Below are positions 36,016 through 46,837 of a stretch of 64,000 bases of DNA, one piece after another (position 1 is the first letter of the stretch; each line of letters opens with the position of its first letter). The translations under genes were made by a program, and so were the position numbers. The notes under the pieces are model-generated. The model saw only the letters and a program-made list of their open reading frames with translations, searched no databases and was not told the origin of the DNA. The DNA is from Macrostomum lignano. Taxonomy: Eukaryota. The stretch spans positions 62,001 through 126,000 of the forward strand of contig NIVC01000224.1 of the NCBI GenBank assembly GCA_002269645.1, written 5' to 3'.

Positions 36016-37195
36016 CATTGCACATTTATAATACTGTAAAAGTCAATTAGACGCAATCTTCATATTCCAATCAGATTATCCAAATTAACGAGCTCCGCAA
36101 TAATGAGTCGATAAATGCAAAGTCACAAGCCTAATATAACTCCAGCAATAACTGAGCTTTTCAATTTCTAGTCAGGTTAAAGGAGAACAGTTGATTTCCA
36201 CTATCAAGGTCACACATACAGTCACTTCACTCAGACCAAAAACAAAAATGCAAATGCTAGAGAAAATAGTGTCTTAGTGCCTGTTTTGCTTCGAGTAAGC
36301 ATTTGCCGTAAAACACAGACTTAGATATCGTGTTTCCCTGGTGTGTCCCTAATTGCTTTGACCTGTTGAATATTAACCCTAAATTAACGAAAAATTTAAG
36401 GTCAATTCGTGACTTTGTTAGCCCGTAGTTGTTTAGCGGGTTGCATTTTAACAGACAAATTTCTTTTTCTATATATCTTTTTTCAACAAAGTTTCTATTT
36501 AAACAAATTTTACGTTTTGACATTGACACCCCTGAAAAAAGATTATTTTTCTAATCTATCACTCAAAGACTTAAATTAGATATCTCTGTGACAGGTTATA
36601 CCCGTCTTTATCAGATTAAAAGAGATTTTCAGATATCTGCAGAGCTAGAAGGGATCACGGAATGGATGACGCTTTTATAAAATTGTTCCGCATGGCAACC
36701 GAATGCCACACAGGATTGGGGGCAAGCAGAAGAAAAAATGAAAAAGAGTGACTGAGGGGGGAAACGGTTGATCAGTAATCAAGTGTAGAAATCAAATTTT
36801 TGTCTTTTAAATTTGAAACCAATATCGAGAATCAAGCAGAATATCTTTAACGGCTTTTTTAATGTGAGGCCTCCGAGGGAGAAAGATCCGATGGGTAGTT
36901 CAAGGGTTTTGGGATGAGGCATGGGGTGACAGCAAGGAGAGAGCGTGAGAAAAAGGGGAAGGAGACGGAGTTTGAAAAGAGAGTAAGCCAGCAGAGACAT
37001 GGAAATTAGGAAATGAGAGAGGAATTTAGAGAAAGAAGGAGAGGAAGGGAGAAAGAGAGGAAGAGGGAGAGAGAGAAAGGGAGAGAGAGAAAGAGAGAGA
37101 GGAAGGGAGAGAGAGAGAAAGAGAGAGAGGAAGGGAGAGAGAGAAAGAGAGGAAGAGGGAGAGAGAGAAAGGGAGAGAGAGAAAGAGAGAGAGAA

Positions 37196-37319
<124 letters not shown>

Positions 37320-37349
37320 GAAGGGAGAGAGAGAGAAAGAGAGAGAGAA

Positions 37350-37496
<147 letters not shown>

Positions 37497-37548
37497 GGGA
37501 GAGAGAGAGGAAGGGAGAGAGAGAGAGGAAGGGAGAAAGAGAGAAAGG

Positions 37549-37582
<34 letters not shown>

Positions 37583-37591
37583 AAGGAAAGG

Positions 37592-37622
<31 letters not shown>

Positions 37623-37698
37623 AGGGAGAGAGAGAGAGAGATAAAGGAAAGGGAGAGAGAGAGAAAGAGAGAGAGGAAGGGAGAGAGAGAGAGGAAGG

Positions 37699-37748
<50 letters not shown>

Positions 37749-38522
37749 GAGAGAGGAAGGGAGAGAGAGAGAGAGAGGAAGGGAGAGAGAGAGAAAGAGA
37801 GAGAGAAAAAGAGAGAGAGGAAGGGAGAGAGAGAGGACTTTTGACTTGACTCAGCTGCAGGGGGCATCATCCGGCGGATGCAGCGAGGAGGCGGAGGAGA
37901 CCGCCCATTCCGCTAGCCCCTGGCGACCAATGACTTCCGTCGAAGCGATGTCGCTCAGGGGGGACCCGTCGGTCTCGCCCGCAGCGCGGTCCTCCTCACC
38001 GGCGGTGGGGAAGAACTCAGCTCGTCCAGTGTCCCTGAGAGAGTGACTGAGGGGGGAAACGGTTGATCAGTAATCAAGTGTAGAAATCAAATTTTTGTCT
38101 TTTAAATTTGAAACCAATATCGAAAATCAAGCAGAATATCTTTAACGGCTTTTTTAATGTGAGGCCTCCGAGGGAGAAAAATACGATGGGTAGTTTAAGG
38201 GTTTAGGGAAGAGGCATGGGGTGACAGCAAGGAGAGAGCGTGAGAAAAAGGGGAAGGAGACGGAGTTTGAAAAGAGAGTAAGCCAGCAGAGACATGGAAA
38301 TTAGGAAATGAGAGAGGAATTTAGAGAAAGAAGGAGAGGAAGGGAGAAAGAGAGGAAGAGGGAGAGAGAGAAAGGGAGAGAGAGAAAGAGAGAGAGGAAG
38401 GGAGAGAGAGAGAAAGAGAGAGAGGAAGGGAGAGAGAGAAAGAGAGGAAGAGGGAGAGAGAGAAAGGGAGAGAGAAAGAGAGAGAGAGAAAGGGAGAGAG
38501 AAAGAGAGAGAGAGAAAGAGAG

Positions 38523-38592
<70 letters not shown>

Positions 38593-38640
38593 GGGAGAGA
38601 GAGAGAAAGAGAGAGAGGAAGGGAGAGAGAGAGAGGAAGG

Positions 38641-38688
<48 letters not shown>

Positions 38689-38718
38689 GAGAGAGGAAGG
38701 GAGAGAGAGAGAGGAAGG

Positions 38719-38743
<25 letters not shown>

Positions 38744-38751
<8 letters not shown>

Positions 38752-39901
38752 GGAGAGAGAGAGAGAGAGGAGGGCGCCTCCAATCTCAGGCACGGACGCG
38801 GTACATGTAAAAAGGACAAACAAGTCAAGATGATTTAAGTTGCCGATATTTCGAATTAGGTAAATTCTTCGTCAGGGCAAATGAAAAGTAGCGACAAGTG
38901 GTGTTGTAAAAGTTATTAAATAGGCGGGTTAGAGGGGAGAGAGAGTAGGCAGGTAGATAGAGAGCGTACGGTATGTACACTTGGTGTGAGTCGATAAAAC
39001 ACTATTAGAGTTGAAAATGCAAAATAAAAAACAGTGCACAAATAAAGTGAACCGCACGTGGGCTGCAGCGATCCTACACACGAAATAAATAATGGAATAG
39101 TGCGACTGCACCGGTGTCTAAAAAGGGGAAAGAGTGACTCTAAGCACTTTACAAAATTGACCTCAATAAATAAATAAGCAGTAAATCAATAAATAAATAA
39201 ATAAGGTGAAAGGCCCTCAAAAACTTAAAAAAGAGCAATTGTACGATAAGCAAAAGAGTAAAAGTAAAAAGTGTAATAAAAAGTACAGGGTGTCAAGAAA
39301 CAATAGAAATGTTGATGCAGAATAAATGCTGAGAATATACAAAGGCTGTGCTTGGGCTAGCGATGAGAATAAAAAAATTTCTAAGAAAGGAGCAACAAAA
39401 GGCTTGGTAGGTACCGGCACGGTCTGACAAAGGTAAGTAGAAGGGAAAGTGAAGTAAAAAATCAAAAGGAAAAAATACAAAAATTCAATCAGTGGTGGAC
39501 TCCAGTCGACTGGGACAGAGCAGCTGCCGGAGGTTCCGCCCTTTGGTGTAGGCGGGCAGCACCGGCGCCTCGCAGCACCGGGCCACGCGGTCCTTCACCG
39601 CGGCCACCAGGGCGTCCGACCTCGCACAATGGGGCAGGATCAGCGGGATGGCCGGGTTGTGCAGCGTGCCGGCAAGCTCGTTGACGCCGTGCGGGGTTTG
39701 AGTCTTTAACACCTCGATGAGCTTGGCCTCGTGGCGCTGCCGCCGCTCGTTCGCTCTGGGTCCCGTGCCGTCACGAGACCAGATGCCGGTGAAGGCGAAG
39801 TCCGCCAGACTGTGGCCATCACTGGTGAAATGGCGGGCCACCGGAGTGTCACGGGCGTGCCGGATGTCGCCGATGTGCGCCAGCATGCGGCCGCGGATGC
39901 T
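38744..39901 (-). repeat. 3' pseudo-LTR (ORF2 C-terminus, 3' UTR, hammerhead, (TC)n tail)
   Basis: Near-identical to 43957..45114. Confidence 0.92.
38840..38880 (-). ncRNA. Minimal type I hammerhead ribozyme (copy 1)
   Basis: Minus strand reads TTGCC-CTGACGA-A-GAATT(TACCT)AATTC-GAAA-T-ATC-GGCAA: stem I 5 bp, stem II 5 bp, palindromic ATAT in place of stem III, AUC cleavage triplet. PLE pseudo-LTRs are known to carry such minimal hammerheads. Confidence 0.8.
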
Positions 39902-41686
39902 GTTGGCGGTCTCGCCTACGTAGATCGTGTGGTCGCACCGGCGGCAGAACACGGCATAGACGGCGTTGGTGGCGTTGCAGTCGATCCGCTGACTGATGAT
40001 GAGCTGGACTGTCGTGGCTGCTGATCCGGGGCAGACGGAGGCGAACCTGGCGTGTGCCTGGCAGCACCTGCACAGCCGGGTCGGGTTGCACGGCAGAAAG
40101 CCGAATTCCCACCGTCTCGTCGGGTAGAAGCCCAGCTCCGTCAGCATCTCGTACTTGATCGTGCGCAGGAACCGCCGATTGTAGCCCTGGTGTTGCACCA
40201 GACTTGAAAACAGCCCGGTGCACGCTGCGTCGAAATCGGCCATCAGGGAACACCGCCGGGCGTATCTGAGGAGCTGGGACTTCACCACGCCCCGGAACGT
40301 CCGCTTCGGGTGGAAAGAGTCGCGGTGAATGAGCGTTCGGCTGTCGGTCGGCTTAAAATACACCTTAGATGCCAGGCGCTTAACGTCACCCTCGCGGTCC
40401 CAGAAGACGGTGGTATCCAGGAAGTTGACCTCGGTGCTGCTGTAGCTCAGCTGCAACCTGATGTTCGGGTCGAGGCCATCCAGGAGCTCGTGGAAGCGGA
40501 CCAGCTCGTCTCTCGTTCCGTGCCAGACGCCGAAGATGTCGTCGATGTAGCGCAGCCACAGGGCGGGCTTCTGCGGGCTGAGCTCCAGGCCCCGCTGCTC
40601 CCAGTAGCCCATGTAGATGTTACTGTAGCTGGGCGCAAACGATTTTCCCATGGCCGTGCCTTTCACTTGCAGAAAAAATTTGCCATCGAACTCGAAGTCG
40701 TTGCGCTCCAGGTTCAGCTTGAGCAAACTGAGGAGGCTCGCGTCCGGGCGCCGGGCGTCCGGGTGCTCTCTGAAGGCCCTCTGTACGCACTCGAGTCCGG
40801 CCGCGGTCGGGATGTTAGTGTAAAGGCTGGCGACGTCCATGGTGAACAGAAAGGTCTCGCCCCGCGCCGGGCAGGTGATGTCTCTGATGGCCGCCTGGAA
40901 ATGATCGGTATCCCTGATGAAGCTGGGCAGCTGGATGACGATCGGCTGCAGGAAGCTGTCGATGAAGCGGCCGCTGGCATATGATTCGCTGTCCACGTCA
41001 GACACGATGGGCCGGCCTGGCGGGATGTCGCCGAGCGGCCACGACTCGGCAGGCTTGTGAATCTTTGGCAGGATGTAAAAGCGTCGCGTCCGGAACTCCT
41101 CCTTCGGACAGAAGGCGGTGAACTGGCGTTTGTCGATAAGCCTGCGGTCCAGTAGCGACTGGAAGACGGCGCGGATTCTCTGGGCCGTGAAGCGGTTGAT
41201 CGGCTCGTTCAGAGGACGGTAGAAGGCCGGGTCGTCCAGCTGACGCAGGCATTCACGGACATAGTCCTGCCGGTCCAGGATGACCAGCTGGCTGCCCTTG
41301 TCGGCCGGCTTGATGACGATGGACTTGTCTGCCCGTAGATCTCGCAGTGCCTTCGCCTCCGCCTGACTGATGTTAGGAGCGTTCCTGCAGTCCCGGATGT
41401 TCTCCCTGACGTCGTCCAGCTCCGCCAGAGCGGCTTGAATTTCGGGCCGGAGGCGGCTCGGATCGATGCTGGCCGTTGGGCGGCGGGGAAGCGGCGGACC
41501 GTCGTTCACCGTCAGTTCGCGCTTGAAGCCGCGAGCCGCCGACACGGCCAGACGCTCGCCAAAGTCGCGGACGCCGGACGCCAGTGACTCCGCCGAGGTG
41601 CACCGAGGAGCCACTACGAAGGACTGGCCGCGCTCCAGCAGTTGCAGTTCAGTCGGTGCGAGAGCGCGGCTGGAGAGGTTCGTCAC
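39485..41686 (-). CDS. PLE ORF2: reverse transcriptase + GIY-YIG endonuclease (frame open from 41776; no AUG before RT motif A)
   Basis: VTNLSSR...LLERGQSF N-terminal motif, PADKG, FYILPKIHK, GRPIVS, MDVASLYTNIP, GTAMGKSFAP, WLRYIDDIF, FLDT, NAVYAVFC...IYVGET (GIY-YIG) and a C-terminal AYTKGRNL motif; 733 aa intact. Confidence 0.95.
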   Translation of the reverse strand: MTNLSSRALAPTELQLLERGQSFVVAPRCTSAESLASGVRDFGERLAVSAARGFKRELTVNDGPPLPRRPTASIDPSRLRPEIQAALAELDDVRENIRDCRNAPNISQAEAKALRDLRADKSIVIKPADKGSQLVILDRQDYVRECLRQLDDPAFYRPLNEPINRFTAQRIRAVFQSLLDRRLIDKRQFTAFCPKEEFRTRRFYILPKIHKPAESWPLGDIPPGRPIVSDVDSESYASGRFIDSFLQPIVIQLPSFIRDTDHFQAAIRDITCPARGETFLFTMDVASLYTNIPTAAGLECVQRAFREHPDARRPDASLLSLLKLNLERNDFEFDGKFFLQVKGTAMGKSFAPSYSNIYMGYWEQRGLELSPQKPALWLRYIDDIFGVWHGTRDELVRFHELLDGLDPNIRLQLSYSSTEVNFLDTTVFWDREGDVKRLASKVYFKPTDSRTLIHRDSFHPKRTFRGVVKSQLLRYARRCSLMADFDAACTGLFSSLVQHQGYNRRFLRTIKYEMLTELGFYPTRRWEFGFLPCNPTRLCRCCQAHARFASVCPGSAATTVQLIISQRIDCNATNAVYAVFCRRCDHTIYVGETANSIRGRMLAHIGDIRHARDTPVARHFTSDGHSLADFAFTGIWSRDGTGPRANERRQRHEAKLIEVLKTQTPHGVNELAGTLHNPAIPLILPHCARSDALVAAVKDRVARCCEAPVLPAYTKGRNLRQLLCPSRLESTTD

Positions 41687-41724
41687 CCTCAGTTGGGGGG
41701 GCCCATGGCTCGCCCCCGGCCCGC

Positions 41725-43925
41725 TCAGTTTTTTGGAAGGTCGCCCACCGTCTCCAGGGTGACGGCGAACGCCCCATCAGCAGACTGTCGCTCCAGGCTG
41801 ATCTGGTCCCGTCGGAATGTCAGGACCTTGGTGTCCAGCGAGATCAGGCTGACAGATCGGTAGCTGCTCAGGAGCTGGTTCGTCTTGCGACAGTTACTCT
41901 TCTGGAGCGCCGGCGCATCGGGGGGCACACGGTCTGCACCACCCAGATTGACGCGCCGGGGAAAGCCTTCCTGATGTTGGTCAGGCTCATCTTCCAGAGC
42001 TTGGCGATGGAGAAGTCGAAGCTCTCACGGTGGAGGTCGTTGTTGCCGGCCCAGACGATGACGCGGCCCGTGTCGGGACTCGCATTCTCCACCTTGCTGA
42101 TGTTCTTCAGGTAGTCCAGCGTGAGGCCCGGGAAGCAGTGCACCTCTAGGTCTGGCGAGGCCAGCTTCACGAATTCCACGTTCTGGTCAGCGATCACCAG
42201 AGTGGGCTTCTGCTTTGACCTCAGCTTCCAGTGCTTCTTGGCTCCGTGGTGGTAGATGACTTTGTTCTCCCGTAAGCTTCTGGCAGTCTTCGACGGTTGC
42301 ATGAGGCTCCCGGAATCCGGAGAAGCAGATGGGGGCCTCTTCCTGGTGGCCGCCGGGGTTCCAGAGTCAGCGGCATCTTCGCTTGTCCGGGCGGTGACAG
42401 TCTCTGGGACACCAGTAGACGTAGTCATGGGGAGGGATACCTCCCTGTTTGTCGGAGTCTCAATTGAGGCACAGTCCTGTGCGGATGGCGCCGTAGAGTT
42501 CTCTTCATAAGCCGTCGAAGCTGACGAGGCCGCCGATGAAGCCGCCGGTACAGTCGCCGCCGATGAAACCGCCGGCGCAGTCGCCGACGAGGCCGCCGAC
42601 GAAGCCGCCGATGAAGCCGCCGGCGCGGTCGCCGACGAGGCCGCCGACGAAGCCGCCGATGAAGCCGCCGGCGCGGTCGCCGACGAGGCCGCCGACGAGG
42701 CCGCCGACGAAGCCGCCGATGAAGCCGCCGGCGCGGTCGCCGACGAGGCCGCCGACGAAGCCGCCGATGAAGCCGCCGGCGCGGTCGCCGACGAGGCCGC
42801 CGACGAAGCCGCCGATGAAGCCGCCGGCGTGGTCGCCGACGAGGCCGCCGACGAAGCCGCCGATGAAGCCGCCGGCGCGGTCGCCGACGAGGCCGCCAAC
42901 GAAGCCGCCGATGAAGCCGCCGGCGCGGTCGCCGACGAGGCCGCCGGCGCAGTCGCCGACGAGGCCGCCGACGAAGCCACCGATGAAGCCGCCAGCGCGG
43001 TCGCCGACGAGGCCGCCGACGAAGCCACCGATGAAGCCGCCGGCGCGGTCGCCGACGAAGCCGCCGATGAAGCCGACGAGCCCGCCGACGAAGCCACCGA
43101 TGAAGCCGCCGGCGCAGTCACCGCCGATGAAGCCGCCGGCGCGGTCGCCGACGAAGCCGCCGATGAAGCCGCCGGCGCGGTCGCCGACGAGGCCGCCGTT
43201 GAGGCCGCTGGCGCGTTAGCTCCAGTCACGAAGGTGGACATGAGCTCCTCCGACGCCTCCTCGATGATGGAAGCCAATGAACTGGACGTAGGTGGGGCAG
43301 CGGTCGAAGCTTGGGAATGCGTCGTGGCCTGGAGCTGCGTATCCGGTTCACTCAAACAGCCAGCCAGTGCCTTGAACCCATGGGTGTGCAGGCGCTCCAT
43401 CACACCGTCAAGGATGCGGGGACTCCAGGCTCTGCCAATCTTGTTGGCGGCCCACCGGATGCCTATGAGCCAGCCGGTCTTGAATTCATCCACCGGGCCA
43501 GATAGTCGAAGCTGCTCCAACTTCTCGGCCACCGCTGCGAACTGCGTGCCGTAATGCGTCCTCATGTCCGCCGTTGTGTGCACCAGCCACTGTAGGGCGT
43601 TGGATTCAAAGCGCTGGTGAGTCTCCTTGCTCTGGAACGCTGGACAGAGGAATAAGGTCAGGCTATCTGCCTTCCTTCGGACTGTCACTGGAGCTGCCGG
43701 GCGAGACCAGTTCTGCAGATGGTGGTGGATCCTGCACAGTCCCTTGCACGCTGCCGCGACTTGGTTGCTAAAGGGCTGTTGCTGTGGTCTTGGCGGGGGC
43801 AGAGTGGCAGGCTGTCTGGGCCTTTCAGGTCGTTCACTGTTTCTCTGAGGTTCAGCTTGACGTCCAATGCGTCTCCGACTGTTGAACCACTGACGTTGCT
43901 GACGGAAGTTAGTTGCTGAGCTCAT
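41725..43925 (-). CDS. PLE ORF1: N-terminal helical domain, Ala/Ser repeat linker, C-terminal SGNH/GDSL-like domain; one apparent 1-bp frameshift at 41920-41925
   Basis: AUG at 43925. LVIADQNV / EVHCFPGLT / VIVWAGNND resemble SGNH blocks I-III. One extra C in the C6 run joins the frame to ORF 41725..41928, which ends ...DLPKN*. Confidence 0.7.
42520..43210 (-). repeat. CpG-rich 12/39-bp coding repeat (ASSAA / ASSATAPA) inside PLE ORF1
   Basis: GCCGCCGACGAR/GATGAA units read directly. Confidence 0.93.
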
Positions 43926-43956
43926 GTCGTCCAAATGAATTACCGGTGCTGGCCAA

Positions 43957-45114
43957 AGAGAGAGGGAGAGAGAGAGAGAGAGGAGGGCGCCTCCAATCTC
44001 AGGCACGGACGCGGTACATGTAAAAAGGACAAACAAGTCAAGATGATTTAAGTTGCCGATATTTCGAATTAGGTAAATTCTTCGTCAGGGCAAATGAAAA
44101 GTAGCGACAAGTGGTGTTGTAAAAGTTATTAAATAGGCGGGTTAGAGGGGAGAGAGAGTAGGCAGGTAGATAGAGAGCGTACGGTATGTACACTTGGTGT
44201 GAGTCGATAAAACACTATTAGAGTTGAAAATGCAAAATAAAAAACAGTGCACAAATAAAGTGAACCGCACGTGGGCTGCAGCGATCCTACACACGAAATA
44301 AATAATGGAATAGTGCGACTGCACCGGTGTCTAAAAAGGGGAAAGAGTGACTCTAAGCACTTTACAAAATTGACCTCAATAAATAAATAAGCAGTAAATC
44401 AATAAATAAATAAATAAGGTGAAAGGCCCTCAAAAACTTAAAAAAGAGCAATTGTACGATAAGCAAAAGAGTAAAAGTAAAAAGTGTAATAAAAAGTACA
44501 GGGTGTCAAGAAACAATAGAAATGTTGATGCAGAATAAATGCTGAGAATATACAAAAGCTGTGCTTGGGCTAGCGATGAGAATAAAAAAATTTCTAAGAA
44601 AGGAGCAACAAAAGGCTTGGTAGGTACCGGCACGGTCTGACAAAGGTAAGTAGAAGGGAAAGTGAAGTAAAAAATCAAAAGGAAAAAATACAAAAATTCA
44701 ATCAGTGGTGGACTCCAGTCGACTGGGACAGAGCAGCTGCCGGAGGTTCCGCCCTTTGGTGTAGGCGGGCAGCACCGGCGCCTCGCAGCACCGGGCCACG
44801 CGGTCCTTCACCGGCGGCCACCAGGGCGTCCGACCTCGCACAATGGGCAGGATCAGCGGGATGGCCGGGTTGTGCAGCGTGCCGGCAAGCTCGTTGACGC
44901 CGTGCGGGGTTTGAGTCTTTAACACCTCGATGAGCTTGGCCTCGTGGCGCTGCCGCCGCTCGTTCGCTCTGGGTCCCGTGCCGTCACGAGACCAGATGCC
45001 GGTGAAGGCGAAGTCCGCCAGACTGTGGCCATCACTGGTGAAATGGCGGGCCACCGGAGTGTCACGGGCGTGCCGGATGTCGCCGATGTGCGCCAGCATG
45101 CGGCCGCGGATGCT
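43957..45114 (-). repeat. 5' pseudo-LTR (5'-truncated upstream copy containing the GIY-YIG C-terminal fragment 44698..45114)
   Basis: Near-identical to 38744..39901. It differs by a few substitutions and two compensating 1-bp indels in homopolymer runs. Confidence 0.92.
44053..44093 (-). ncRNA. Minimal type I hammerhead ribozyme (copy 2)
   Basis: Identical to copy 1, at offset 5213. Confidence 0.8.
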
Positions 45115-45122
45115 CTCAAGAA

Positions 45123-45192
<70 letters not shown>

Positions 45193-45240
45193 GGGAGAGA
45201 GAGAGAAAGAGAGAGAGGAAGGGAGAGAGAGAGAGGAAGG

Positions 45241-45286
<46 letters not shown>

Positions 45287-45316
45287 GAGAGAGGAAGGGA
45301 GAGAGAGAGAGGAAGG

Positions 45317-45367
<51 letters not shown>

Positions 45368-45460
45368 GAGAGAGGAAGGGAGAGAGAGAGAGGAAGGGAG
45401 AGAGAGAGAGAAAGAGAGAGAGGAAGGGAGAGAGAGAGAGGAAGGGAGAGAGAGAGAGAA

Positions 45461-45493
<33 letters not shown>

Positions 45494-45597
45494 AAGGGAG
45501 AGAGAGAGAGAGAGAAAGGGAGAGAGGAAGGGAGAGAGAGAGAGGAAGGGAGAGAGAGAGAGAAAGAGAGAGAGGAAGGGAGAGAGAGAGAGGAAGG

Positions 45598-45650
<53 letters not shown>

Positions 45651-46428
45651 GGAGAGAGGAAGGGAGAGAGAGAGAGAGAGGAAGGGAGAGAGAGAGAAAG
45701 AGAGAGAGAGAGAAAGAGAGAGAGAAAAAGAGAGAGAGGAAGGGAGAGAGAGAGAGGACTTTTGACTTGACTCAGCTGCAGGGGGCATCATCCGGCGGAT
45801 GCAGCGAGGAGGCGGAGGAGACCGCCCATTCCGCTAGCCCCTGGCGACCAATGACTTCCGTCGAAGCGATGTCGCTCAGGGGGGACCCGTCGGTCTCGCC
45901 CGCAGCGCGGTCCTCCTCACCGGCGGTGGGGAAGAACTCAGCTCGTCCCGTGTCCCTGAGAGAGTGACTGAGGGGGGAAACGGTTGATCAGTAATCAAGT
46001 GTAGAAATCAAATTTTTGTCTTTTAAATTTGAAACCAATATCGAGAATCAAGCAGAATATCTTTAACGGCTTTTTTAATGTGAGGCCTCCGAGGGAGAAA
46101 AATACGATGGGTAGTTTAAGGGTTTAGGGAAGAGGCATGGGGTGACAGCAAGGAGAGAGCGTGAGAAAAAGGGGAAGGAGACGGAGTTTGAAAAGAGAGT
46201 AAGCCAGCAGAGACATGGAAATTAGGAAATGAGAGAGGAATTTAGAGAAAGAAGGAGAGGAAGGGAGAAAGAGAGGAAGAGGGAGAGAGAGAAAGGGAGA
46301 GAGAGAAAGAGAGAGAGGAAGGGAGAGAGAGAGAAAGAGAGAGAGGAAGGGAGAGAGAGAAAGAGAGGAAGAGGGAGAGAGAGAAAGGGAGAGAGAGAAA
46401 GAGAGAGAGAAAGGGAGAGAGAAAGAGA

Positions 46429-46580
<152 letters not shown>

Positions 46581-46641
46581 GAGAGAGAGAGAGGAAGGGA
46601 GAGAGAGAGAGGAAGGGAGAGAGAGAGAAAGAGAGAGAGAA

Positions 46642-46701
<60 letters not shown>

Positions 46702-46759
46702 AGGAAAGGGAGAGAGAGAGGAAGGGAGAGAGAGAGAGGAAGGGAGAAAGAGAGAAAGG

Positions 46760-46798
<39 letters not shown>

Positions 46799-46801
46799 GA
46801 A

Positions 46802-46837
<36 letters not shown>

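Larger units (their letters stand above)
38744..45114 (-). mobile_element. Penelope-like retroelement (EN+, Neptune-type), partial-tandem structure with pseudo-LTRs, inserted in (GA)n
   Basis: RT + GIY-YIG ORF, Cys-rich linker (CNPTRLCRCC) between RT and EN, direct repeat of the 3' ~1.16 kb at offset 5213, and hammerhead motifs in both repeats. Confidence 0.93.

Noticed and set aside
43926-44036. ORF-track start MFVLFTCTAS for the 722-aa ORF
   Set aside because: Lies in the pseudo-LTR and (TC)n tail. The AUG at 43925 is the more plausible ORF1 start.
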